A DNA stretch of 64,000 nucleotides from contig MEMO01000016.1 in NCBI GenBank assembly GCA_001767955.1, positions 39,404 through 103,403 on the forward strand. Direction: 5' to 3'. The position numbers were made by a program, and so were the translations under genes. Below are positions 1 through 9,473 of the stretch, in pieces (position 1 is the stretch's first letter; every line of letters begins with the position of its first letter). A model generated the notes under the pieces. It did no database searches, was not told where the DNA came from, and worked only from the letters and a program-made list of their open reading frames with translations. Source of the stretch: Alphaproteobacteria bacterium RIFCSPLOWO2_01_FULL_40_26. Lineage in GTDB: Bacteria > Pseudomonadota > Alphaproteobacteria > Rickettsiales > UBA1997.

Positions 1-1
1 C

Positions 2-865
2 CGCATTGGCGCGATTTCCTTGCAGAGAATTAGCGGTCTTGCCACATTTTGTCTGGCGCCTTTCTTTGACTATCCAAAAGATTTTGATCCGCGTTTGGTT
101 TCTGATTTTGCTGCCATTCCGCTGGTTAGAAATATCAACATCTCCGCGCTTTTTGCGCTTGGAATTGCCGACACGGAATCTTTCATGCTTGTCAATGGCA
201 TCGATTTTGATGTTTCAAGGGGAAGCATAAAAGCGACAGCAAAACTTTATGAAGAATTTCTGCAAATTATTGAAAAACAGGGAGTTGAAGTGGCGATGAA
301 ATTTGCCGCAAAAGAAGGTTTTAGCGATGCTGAAGCTATGCGAGCAACGCACATGTCTTGGCAAATTGAGAGTTGCAGAAAAGTTTTGCGACATGCTGCA
401 ATGCCGATGATTCTTGGTTCATCCGCGGCAATTCGCGATGATCTCGGCGAGATTTTTGAAAAAGCGGAAAAAGATGAGCCGGTATCTTACGGCAGGCGCG
501 TGATCGATGCTTGTCGCATCATGGTGCGTGATGAAGCTGTTGATCTTGCCACAAAACAAACCTTGGCCTGTATGGCGCAACAGGTTTCCAATGTGCGTCA
601 TCGCGGAAATTTTTATGATACCAGAGCAAAACTGGTTCGTGATGCTAACAACGCTTTGCGCGAAGGTGATTCCAAAAAATTTGGCGAATCTTGTGAGTGG
701 CTTGCAATCATCGTAAGATCAGCTGGAAATCCAGCCAGCCCTGGTAGAAAAACACATGAGTTGTTAACTTATTTCCGAGACAGCTTTGATAAAACCTCCG
801 TGCCCATGGAGGATTTGATGGAAAAAACGGAGCTAGTAAGAAGTAGCGAGCCAGTTCGGCAATGA
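2..865 (+). CDS. hypothetical protein, 5' end runs off the window
   Basis: Frame of the 20..865 track ORF stays open back to base 2. I recognise no family motif. The 3' end overlaps the convergent lipoprotein ORF by about 33 nt. Confidence 0.5.
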   Translation, partial: RIGAISLQRISGLATFCLAPFFDYPKDFDPRLVSDFAAIPLVRNINISALFALGIADTESFMLVNGIDFDVSRGSIKATAKLYEEFLQIIEKQGVEVAMKFAAKEGFSDAEAMRATHMSWQIESCRKVLRHAAMPMILGSSAAIRDDLGEIFEKAEKDEPVSYGRRVIDACRIMVRDEAVDLATKQTLACMAQQVSNVRHRGNFYDTRAKLVRDANNALREGDSKKFGESCEWLAIIVRSAGNPASPGRKTHELLTYFRDSFDKTSVPMEDLMEKTELVRSSEPVRQ

Positions 866-1375
866 GTTGTCTTTTACGGGCTTGACTGAAATCAGGGCGT
901 TATCATCGCTTGGTTTGTGGCCTTTGAGATATTTTTCGTGATAAATCGCAAGTAGTTGGTCCATCTTTTGTGTTTTGCCGGTAAGGTCGGGAGCGTCGGA
1001 GCTGATGATTTCCATCCCATGTTGATCGAAGTAAAGCTGGACGTAGTTGTAAGTGGTTGGATCATCAAAGCTTGGCAGATTATTTTCCTTAAAAAAGAAC
1101 TCCCTGCGCACAATTTCGCCATCATCATTTGTCCATGAAAGTTTAACCAATCCAAAAAATCTGGCTGCGGAAGAAAGATAAAATGATTGGCTACGGCTAT
1201 CGCCCGGATTAAGCGCTGGCAAGGTCAAAACATGTCCTGCCCATTCGCAAGTGATGTTTTTTATTGGCGCAAAACTGGCATTGCTGAAATAAATCACCGG
1301 ACTTTCGCGCTTGAAATTGCCGATTGCGCAGCCAAGGAGGAAAAAAAACGGCAATAGTAAAAAAGATTTTTTCAT
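833..1375 (-). CDS. putative lipoprotein, unknown function
   Basis: First ATG (1375) gives MKKSFLLLPFFFLLGC, a signal peptide plus lipobox. The track ORF start at 1420 is an upstream TTG. Confidence 0.55.
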   Translation of the reverse strand: MKKSFLLLPFFFLLGCAIGNFKRESPVIYFSNASFAPIKNITCEWAGHVLTLPALNPGDSRSQSFYLSSAARFFGLVKLSWTNDDGEIVRREFFFKENNLPSFDDPTTYNYVQLYFDQHGMEIISSDAPDLTGKTQKMDQLLAIYHEKYLKGHKPSDDNALISVKPVKDNSLPNWLATSY

Positions 1376-1416
1376 AAGTTTGGTCGTCTGCCGGAACTTT
1401 GCCCATGCCAAAGTGA

Positions 1417-2307
1417 TCAAATAGACTTCCCCTGCAAAAATAGTTCACGGGTTTTGATGGCTTTGGCAAAGCGCGAGAAAGCGAAGAGATAGCTGTAGAT
1501 CAGGCCGTTAAAGCCATAGATGAAATAGCGGCGCACGAAATAGGCTTTAAAAAAAGCAAAGATCGGGATGAAAAAAATTTTTAAAATTGACGGGTATTTG
1601 TCTTTCCTGAAAGCGTCATTTGCCTGCATTTGTGAATAGGAATTTATTTTCTCGATCCAGTGTGAGTAGGAGCGGAAGGATTGGTGGTGGATGATGTTTT
1701 TAAGTTGGAGGATCGTGCCTCGTGCCTCGTGCCTCGTGCTTCGTGGATTAAAATTACCGAAGCACGAAGCACGAAGCACGAAGCACGAAACATTCCAGAC
1801 ACAAAATTTTGTATAACAACCCTTTCCGGCATGGTTTGTTTCTTTCAGCATGACCGAATCATGCACCGAACTGTTTTTGAATCCGGCCAGATCGCAGTTG
1901 TAAAGGCGAAACTGATTGTAGTAATAAGCCCATTTTTTTGGCTTTTTTTCCTGTGGAAATTTATTGACGATTTTGATGCGAAATCCCGCTACATCATCGG
2001 CGATTTTTCCAGAAAAAATTTCTTTAATCTCCGCACATAATTCCTGCGAAATTTCTTCATCGGCATCAATGTTCAAAATCCATTTATTGCGACATTTCGA
2101 TTCACCAAAAATTTTCTGTTGGCCATAACCTTTCCATTCGTTGAACATCACTTTTGCACCGGCCTGAATGGCTGTTTCACAGGTTCTATCATTGCTTCCA
2201 GAATCAACCACCAGAATTTCATCAGCGATTTCTTTTGCCGCATTGATTACGGAAGCAATGCGATTGGCTTCATTTTTGGTTATGATAAAAATTGAAATCG
2301 GAATCAT
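1417..2307 (-). CDS. family 2 glycosyltransferase carrying an in-frame palindromic-repeat insertion
   Basis: GT2 N-terminal pattern: IFIITKNEANRI, VVDSGSNDRT, NIDADE. The segment GCYTKFCVWNVSCFVLRASCFGNFNPRSTRHEARG is encoded by repeat A1. Confidence 0.85.
   Translation of the reverse strand: MIPISIFIITKNEANRIASVINAAKEIADEILVVDSGSNDRTCETAIQAGAKVMFNEWKGYGQQKIFGESKCRNKWILNIDADEEISQELCAEIKEIFSGKIADDVAGFRIKIVNKFPQEKKPKKWAYYYNQFRLYNCDLAGFKNSSVHDSVMLKETNHAGKGCYTKFCVWNVSCFVLRASCFGNFNPRSTRHEARGTILQLKNIIHHQSFRSYSHWIEKINSYSQMQANDAFRKDKYPSILKIFFIPIFAFFKAYFVRRYFIYGFNGLIYSYLFAFSRFAKAIKTRELFLQGKSI
1690..1820. repeat. palindromic repeat family A, copy A1 (GTGCYTC heptad hairpin), inside the GT2 gene
   Basis: Arms tcgtgcctcgtgcctcgtgcctcgtgcttcgtgg / cgaagcacgaagcacgaagcacgaagcacga around loop attaaaattacc. 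The outer arm agacacaaaattttgtataacaac matches copy A2. Boundaries approximate. Confidence 0.85.
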
Positions 2308-2314
2308 AAATTGG

Positions 2315-2441
2315 GTTGTTCTTAAAATCTTGTGTCTTTACTCGTGCTTCGTGCTTCGTGCTTCGTGGTTTAAAATTACCGGAGCACGATGCACGATGCA
2401 CGAAGCACGAAATTTGCCAGACACAAAATTTGCATAACAAC
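2315..2441. repeat. palindromic repeat family A, copy A2 (intergenic)
   Basis: Full 127-bp palindrome gttgttcttaaaatcttgtgtct...cgtgcttcgtgcttcgtgcttcgtgg..gagcacgatgcacgatgcacgaagcacg...agacacaaaatttgcataacaac, between the divergent GT2 and dsbA-like genes. Confidence 0.9.
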
Positions 2442-2519
2442 TATAAATTGATTGATTTAATTGAGTGCGAAAAATATCTAAAGCCCGTCTCTCTTACGTC
2501 AATTCAAAATCCAAAAGTC

Positions 2520-3278
2520 ATGAAAAAAATAACAATCGCTATTTTGGCGGTTTTGCTGATTGGTTTTGCTGCTCTTGTGGTTCACAATTACAAAACCAAA
2601 ACCTCTTTCAAATATGCTTCGCAAAGCGCGGAGGAGTTGAAGCCGGAACAAAATGCACAGGATGCAGTTAACGCGGCGGTGAATAAAAACGCTCTTGTAG
2701 AGCAACGCAAAAACAGCGATTTGATAAAAATTTTGCCAAGCGATTTTGTTTTGGGTGATAAAAATGCGCCGGTGTTGCTGATCGAATATGCCTCGCTTTC
2801 TTGTCCGCATTGCGCTTCATTTCATCGCGAATCTTTTGAAAGATTGAAAGAGGAATATATCGAAAATGGCAAAGTCAAATTTGTCTTTCGCAGCTTTCCG
2901 TTAAACCAGCAGGCGCTGGTTTCTGCTATGTTTGCGAGATGTCAGGCCGACGATAATGCGGATGCAAAAGATAAATATTTTTCTGCCGTCAAAGTTATTT
3001 TTAAAACGCAGGATAGCTGGGCTTTTGACGAAAAATATGCCGAAAAACTGGAAGCAATTGCCAAGCTTGATGGTATGAGCTCCGATCGTTTCCAGAGATG
3101 CATCAATGACAAATCGCTGCAGGATAAAATGCTTTCAGCGAGAATGGAGGCGGCCAATTCGTTGCAGTTGCGCTCAGCTCCAAGTTTTTTTGCCAATGGC
3201 GAAATTTCGGAAGGCTATGTTGATTATCAGACTATAAAAAAACTGATCGAGAAAAAATTGTCAGAAGCACAAAGATAA
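2520..3278 (+). CDS. DsbA-family thiol:disulfide oxidoreductase
   Basis: ATG at 2520 gives the signal/anchor MKKITIAILAVLLIGFAALVV. CPHC active-site motif in SLSCPHCASFH. The upstream part of track ORF 2316.. is read-through of repeat A2. Confidence 0.8.
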   Translation: MKKITIAILAVLLIGFAALVVHNYKTKTSFKYASQSAEELKPEQNAQDAVNAAVNKNALVEQRKNSDLIKILPSDFVLGDKNAPVLLIEYASLSCPHCASFHRESFERLKEEYIENGKVKFVFRSFPLNQQALVSAMFARCQADDNADAKDKYFSAVKVIFKTQDSWAFDEKYAEKLEAIAKLDGMSSDRFQRCINDKSLQDKMLSARMEAANSLQLRSAPSFFANGEISEGYVDYQTIKKLIEKKLSEAQR

Positions 3279-4042
3279 TGACCGCAAAGTTAGTTGTAAA
3301 AAATCTCATCAGAAATTTTGGTGAAAAAAAAGTTTTAACCGGTATTGATTTGCAGGTTAATCAGGGTGAATCAGTGGTAATTTTGGGAGGCTCTGGAAGC
3401 GGAAAATCAGTGTTGATTAAAATCATTGCCACCTTGATTGCCCCCACTTCTGGAAGCATTAAAGTTGATGGGCAGGAAGTTTCAAATATCAGGCCAAAAG
3501 ATCGTGATAAGCTAATGGAAAAATTTGGTTTTTTGTTTCAGGGCGGCGCGCTTTTCGATTCACTTTCAGTGTGGGAAAATGTCGCCTTTCGTCTGCTTTA
3601 TCACAAAAAAATGAGCAAAAAAGACGCGCGTGAAATCGCGCTGCAAAAATTAAAAGCTGTCGGTTTGAATGAAAAAACTGCCGATCTTTTTCCCTCCGAA
3701 CTTTCCGGCGGTATGCAAAAACGCGCTTCACTGGCGCGGGCGATTGCTGCAAATCCGGAAATTATTTTTTTTGATGAACCAACAACCGGACTAGATCCAA
3801 TCATGGCTGACGTAATCAATGATCTCATCATTGCCAACTCCAAGAAACTTGGCGCAACTACAATTACAATCACTCACGATATGCATTCTGCGCGCAAAAT
3901 TGCCGACAAGGTAGCAATGCTTTATGATGGCAAAATCATCTGGTTTGGTGATGTCAAAGATATGTATTCATCGGGGAATACTTATCTCGATCAATTCATC
4001 CATGGTCGCGCTGAAGGGCCGATAAATTTTTTAATTAGTTAA
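3278..4042 (+). CDS. ABC transporter ATP-binding protein, MlaF-like, no permease adjacent
   Basis: Walker A GGSGSGKS, signature LSGGMQKR, Walker B IIFFDEPT. The start overlaps the dsbA-like stop (TAATG). Confidence 0.8.
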   Translation: MTAKLVVKNLIRNFGEKKVLTGIDLQVNQGESVVILGGSGSGKSVLIKIIATLIAPTSGSIKVDGQEVSNIRPKDRDKLMEKFGFLFQGGALFDSLSVWENVAFRLLYHKKMSKKDAREIALQKLKAVGLNEKTADLFPSELSGGMQKRASLARAIAANPEIIFFDEPTTGLDPIMADVINDLIIANSKKLGATTITITHDMHSARKIADKVAMLYDGKIIWFGDVKDMYSSGNTYLDQFIHGRAEGPINFLIS

Positions 4043-4054
4043 CTTGGGCAAGAT

Positions 4055-4909
4055 ATGAAAAAACATTCTGCCTTCTCCCTGATCGAACTTTCCATCGTAA
4101 TTTTAATCATTGGTATTCTGGTTGCAGGTATAATGCAGGGAAGGTTGATGGTTAAAAAATCCCGCCGTTCCGCAGCGCAAGCGATTACAAAAAATTCTGT
4201 AGTTAACGAAATGTCCGGTCTTGCTTTGTGGTATGAAACTTCGCTTGAGAGTAGTTTCAAGGAAAGCGAAATGTCGGATGGAGGCAATGTTAGTGTTTGG
4301 CATGACAACAATCCTCAAGCTATCAATCGTAATAATGCCGATCAGGGAACGGCAGCAAACCAGCCAAAATTTTACGAAAATGTTTTTAACGGTGCGCTTC
4401 CCGCGCTGCGATTTGATGGGGTTGATGATGCGCTAACCACGGCAAATGGTTTTGATTCTGATTCAGAAAATGTGACAATTTTTTTGGTATGGCAATCCTC
4501 GCTTGATTCAACCTGGCAGGTAATAATCTCAAAAGGTTATACCCCGTCGCCATATCGCATTGCCATCACTGGGAATGCGCATTATTTAACCTATGCCGAT
4601 GCCATGAATAACGGCGCTTCCGCCAATTCAGCAATTATCACCGCAGCCAATAGTCTCAACATTATCTCCGCGAGACGAGCCAAAAATGGAACCATGCAAA
4701 TCTGGATTAATGGCTCATCCGGAGGCACTAATACTGACAGCAGCGGTAGCAATCTGATGACCACCACTGAATCACTTTGGATTGGCGGCTATCCATCCAA
4801 AAATTATGCTCAAGGCGATTTTGCCGAAATGATCATCTTCAAACGCGCTTTACTTACGGAAGAAAGACAAGCGGTTGAAAGCTACTTAAGCAAAAAATAC
4901 AACATATAA
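4055..4909 (+). CDS. prepilin-type N-terminal methylation domain fused to a LamG-like domain (paralog P1)
   Basis: MKKHSAFSLIELSIVILIIGILVAGI is a class III (prepilin) signal with Glu at +5. LamG-like motifs LPALRFDGVDDAL and GDFAEMIIFKRALLTEERQAVESYLSKKYNI. No Cys. Confidence 0.8.
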   Translation: MKKHSAFSLIELSIVILIIGILVAGIMQGRLMVKKSRRSAAQAITKNSVVNEMSGLALWYETSLESSFKESEMSDGGNVSVWHDNNPQAINRNNADQGTAANQPKFYENVFNGALPALRFDGVDDALTTANGFDSDSENVTIFLVWQSSLDSTWQVIISKGYTPSPYRIAITGNAHYLTYADAMNNGASANSAIITAANSLNIISARRAKNGTMQIWINGSSGGTNTDSSGSNLMTTTESLWIGGYPSKNYAQGDFAEMIIFKRALLTEERQAVESYLSKKYNI

Positions 4910-4934
4910 AATCTCTTAATTTCTTTAAAATTTT

Positions 4935-5795
4935 ATGAAAAAACATTCCGCCTTCTCCCTAATAGAACTCTCAATCGTCATCTTAATCATCGGTATCCTA
5001 GTCGCCGGTATAACCCAATCTTCCCGCCTGGTTAAAGCAATGAAGCTAAAAACCGCTCAAAACCTAACCAAAAGCTCTGCCGTTAACAGCATTAAAAATC
5101 TGACCATATGGTATGAAACAACCGTCGATGAAAGTTTCGCTGATAGTGAAGAAGAAAATAACACAGACATCAGCACCTGGAACGACATAAACCCACAATC
5201 ATCATCCAAAAGCAATGCCACCCAATCAAGCACCAAACCGCAATATATCGAAGGTGCGATGAATGGTCTTCCGGTTGTGAGGTTTAATGGAACTGATGAT
5301 TTCTTAAATTTCGACGGAACTCTACTCGTCAACACCAACTATACGATTTTTGTGGTGGAGCAGAGGAGGACTGGCACCGGTATTAACAAACATTTTCTTG
5401 GCGGATCCGGAGTGGCAACCAATACTAACCTGCATCTAGGATATCGTAACGATACGACAGTTACACAAGATCATTACAGCAATGCTATAAACTACACAAT
5501 CCCCGCCTACTCCTCCCCAATACCAAGAATCCACACTTTCTGGTTCAGCAACGCATCCGGAAATGGCAAAAAATACTGGCTTAATGGTGGAACAACCGCC
5601 GACGCATTCGACACTTCCCAAACAGCTTATGTGGCATCTTATGCTGGATCGGCAATTGGAAGATATGCTAGTACCAGCGACTACTTCAACGGCGACGTCG
5701 CCGAAATCATCATCTTCAACCGCGCTCTCAACACCGAAGAAAGACAAGCAGTTGAAAGCTATTTGAGCCAGAAATTTAATGTTAAAATTAGCTGA
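4935..5795 (+). CDS. prepilin-type N-terminal methylation domain fused to a LamG-like domain (paralog P2)
   Basis: N-terminus identical to P1 for the first 26 residues (MKKHSAFSLIELSIVILIIGILVAGI). VVRFNGTDDFL and GDVAEIIIFNRALNTEERQAVESYLSQKFNVKIS. No Cys. Confidence 0.8.
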   Translation: MKKHSAFSLIELSIVILIIGILVAGITQSSRLVKAMKLKTAQNLTKSSAVNSIKNLTIWYETTVDESFADSEEENNTDISTWNDINPQSSSKSNATQSSTKPQYIEGAMNGLPVVRFNGTDDFLNFDGTLLVNTNYTIFVVEQRRTGTGINKHFLGGSGVATNTNLHLGYRNDTTVTQDHYSNAINYTIPAYSSPIPRIHTFWFSNASGNGKKYWLNGGTTADAFDTSQTAYVASYAGSAIGRYASTSDYFNGDVAEIIIFNRALNTEERQAVESYLSQKFNVKIS

Positions 5796-6642
5796 TAAAA
5801 ACGCTGTAAGCATCGTTTAACAGGCGGGCGATTTGGCGGTTTTTGCCATTGGGAATTTTTTTGGAAATTTTCCGCCCGTCAATTTCCGCAATTGGTCTGA
5901 TAATCAAGCTGGAGCTGGTCAAAAACACTTCTTTTGCTTTCATCATTTCAGCGATTCCAAAATTTTTTTCTGCAGTTTTAAGACCATTTTCTTGCGCAAG
6001 TTTAAGCAAGCGATTGCGCGTGATGCCACACAAAATCAAATTGTCGGCCGGTTTGGTGATCAGAACATCATTTGCATCAACGATAAAAACATTGGCATAG
6101 CTTGCTTCAGTGATAACGCCATTTCTTACAAAAATTACATCATCAAAGCCGGAATCTTTGGCTTTCTGATTCATCAAAGTTGAGGCCAATAAATTCACGG
6201 TTTTGATATCGCATCTTTGCCATCTGATATCATCGTGAGTCATTGCCAGAAAGCCGCGCTCAAACTCTTCAGCGGAAACTTTTTTGCGTGGCGAAACTGT
6301 GGCGCAGATTGTTGGTTTCAAATCTTTTGGACAATATGGAATGCGATTTGTCTTGCCGCGCGTAATTTGCATATAGCAGGTTCCGCCCGCCATTTTGTTG
6401 CGTGAAAAAAGTTCAAGCTGAATTTTTTTTAATTCATCGGCGGAAAAATCATGCCCGATTTTTAATTCACGCAAAGAGCGAAAAAAACGCTCGAGATGAG
6501 CATCACCATCAATCAATTTTCCATTTTCAAAAAGCACAACTTCATAAACACCGTCGGCGAATTGAAAGCCACGATCTTCGATGTGAATGAGACATTTTTC
6601 ATGAGGCAAAAATTTGCCGTTTAGATAGCTGATTCTATTCAT
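5788..6642 (-). CDS. dat: class IV aminotransferase, D-amino-acid (D-alanine) transaminase-like
   Basis: EDRGFQFADGVYEVV motif and overall length match D-amino-acid aminotransferases. The 3' end overlaps convergent P2 by 8 nt. Confidence 0.75.
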   Translation of the reverse strand: MNRISYLNGKFLPHEKCLIHIEDRGFQFADGVYEVVLFENGKLIDGDAHLERFFRSLRELKIGHDFSADELKKIQLELFSRNKMAGGTCYMQITRGKTNRIPYCPKDLKPTICATVSPRKKVSAEEFERGFLAMTHDDIRWQRCDIKTVNLLASTLMNQKAKDSGFDDVIFVRNGVITEASYANVFIVDANDVLITKPADNLILCGITRNRLLKLAQENGLKTAEKNFGIAEMMKAKEVFLTSSSLIIRPIAEIDGRKISKKIPNGKNRQIARLLNDAYSVFIS

Positions 6643-6646
6643 AAAA

Positions 6647-7948
<1,302 letters not shown>

Positions 7949-7956
7949 TTAAAAAC

Positions 7957-8112
7957 ATGCTGCGCATAATTCTTATCATAGCCCTGATTTTATTGGCAAT
8001 TCCCTTCTTCAACAAGGCTAAAGATTATTTCAGCGAACAAAGCAAAAAAGTTAAAGTCATCGGTGAAACCGGAGTGAAATTTTTCAAATATAAAGATTCG
8101 AAGAAGAAGTAA
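7957..8112 (+). CDS. possible small membrane protein (51 aa)
   Basis: ATG-initiated ORF MLRIILIIALILLAIPFF... with one hydrophobic helix and a Lys-rich tail. It is below the track length cutoff and fills the eno-pstA gap. No homology evidence. Confidence 0.25.
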   Translation: MLRIILIIALILLAIPFFNKAKDYFSEQSKKVKVIGETGVKFFKYKDSKKK

Positions 8113-8132
8113 CTGCAGTTATTGAGGTTAAC

Positions 8133-9473
8133 CTACCAACGTATCTCGAATTTTTTGCGTAGGAAAATTGCTGCAGAATTTAGAATAATTAAAAATCCAA
8201 GTAGAACCAAAATTGCTGCTGCGGTTTTTTCGGCGAAACCTGATTCGGGTGAATCTGACCAAAGATAGATTTGCACCGGTAAGACTGATGTGGGATCGGT
8301 AAAATTTTGTGGGATATCGGCGATGAAAGCGACCATGCCAATCATCAAAAGTGGAGCAGTTTCGCCCAAAGCGCGCGAAATCGCCAAAATTGTTCCGGTC
8401 ATAATTCCCGGTACTGCAAGCGGTAAAAGATGATGCAAAGTGATCTGCATTTTTGAAGCGCCAAGAGCTGCAGCTCCATCACGAATTGAGTTTGGAATCG
8501 AACGAATAGTATTGCGTGTAGCGATAATAATAACCGGCAAAACCAGCATGAACAAAGTCATCCCGCCGACTAAAGATGAGGAACGCGGCAAATTCATAAA
8601 TTGCAGATAAACTGTTAATCCAAGCAGGCCGTAGATGATTGATGGAATTGCCGCGAGGTTATTGATGCTGATTTCAATTATGTCGGTAAAACGATTTTTT
8701 GGCGCGAATTCTTCAAGATAAAAGGCGCACATTATGCCAATTGGAAAAGCAAAAATCAGAAAAATTACCATCACCAAAAATGATCCGATCAAGCCAGCGC
8801 CAATGCCGGCAATTTCCGGTTCACGCGAATCGGCAAAAGTAAAAAATTTCCAGTTAAAAACTTTTCTTACCTGATTTTTTGTTTTCAGATCAGAAAGCCA
8901 GCGAATCTGATTGTCATTTAGTGAAGAGATATTTTGGTGTTTAAAAAACATATCGGCTTTTGATGCGGCACTTATCCAGAAAATTTTTAAATCGGGATTT
9001 TTCTTGATTTGTTCTTTTATCTCAAGGTTTGCGGCCTTGCTTACCAATTGATAAAGTGAGTTAATTTCAGCAAGTTTTGTGGCTTCGGGAAATCTTTGTC
9101 TCATTGCGTCTTTTATGGCTTGGCGATAATCATCTTCTTTCACGCTGATTTCCAAGGCGATTTCACTTCGGTAAAAATTGCTTTTGGCAAAAATCATAGC
9201 AAACAAAATCAGTAAAAATGCTAAAGCAAAGCCAACCGAAATCATGCCAAACAGCATAAATCGTGATTCGGCGGCATGACGCTTTTTTAGATTTCCAATT
9301 GTTCTAGAGCCTATCTTCAAATTCATTTGTCTTTGATTTTTTGTAAATTTTTGCTCATTTTTTTGAAGAATTTTTTGCAGTATGTCTAATACAGCTGCAA
9401 AATTCTTCAAAAAAGTCGCTAAAAATTTACAAAAAATCAAAGACAAATGAATTTGAAGACAGGCTCTAGCCAT
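8133..9473 (-). CDS. pstA: phosphate ABC transporter permease PstA (start uncertain: 9473 or 9326)
   Basis: C-terminal permease core (ISRALGETAPLLMIG) follows pstC. The first 49 codons are read through palindromic element G1. ATG 9473 overlaps the pstC stop by 8 nt. An alternative ATG at 9326 lies inside the element. Confidence 0.85.
   Translation of the reverse strand: MARACLQIHLSLIFCKFLATFLKNFAAVLDILQKILQKNEQKFTKNQRQMNLKIGSRTIGNLKKRHAAESRFMLFGMISVGFALAFLLILFAMIFAKSNFYRSEIALEISVKEDDYRQAIKDAMRQRFPEATKLAEINSLYQLVSKAANLEIKEQIKKNPDLKIFWISAASKADMFFKHQNISSLNDNQIRWLSDLKTKNQVRKVFNWKFFTFADSREPEIAGIGAGLIGSFLVMVIFLIFAFPIGIMCAFYLEEFAPKNRFTDIIEISINNLAAIPSIIYGLLGLTVYLQFMNLPRSSSLVGGMTLFMLVLPVIIIATRNTIRSIPNSIRDGAAALGASKMQITLHHLLPLAVPGIMTGTILAISRALGETAPLLMIGMVAFIADIPQNFTDPTSVLPVQIYLWSDSPESGFAEKTAAAILVLLGFLIILNSAAIFLRKKFEIRW
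9304..9469. mobile_element. MITE-like palindrome family G, copy G1
   Basis: Near-perfect 166-bp palindrome ctagagcctatcttcaaattcatttgtctttgattttttgtaaattttt...aaaaatttacaaaaaatcaaagacaaatgaatttgaagacaggctctag, flanked by TA. Confidence 0.85.

Noticed and set aside
2316-2519. Upstream extension of the DsbA-like ORF (MFLKSCVFTRASCFVLRG...)
   Set aside because: It is encoded by repeat A2. The ATG at 2520 gives a proper signal sequence directly.
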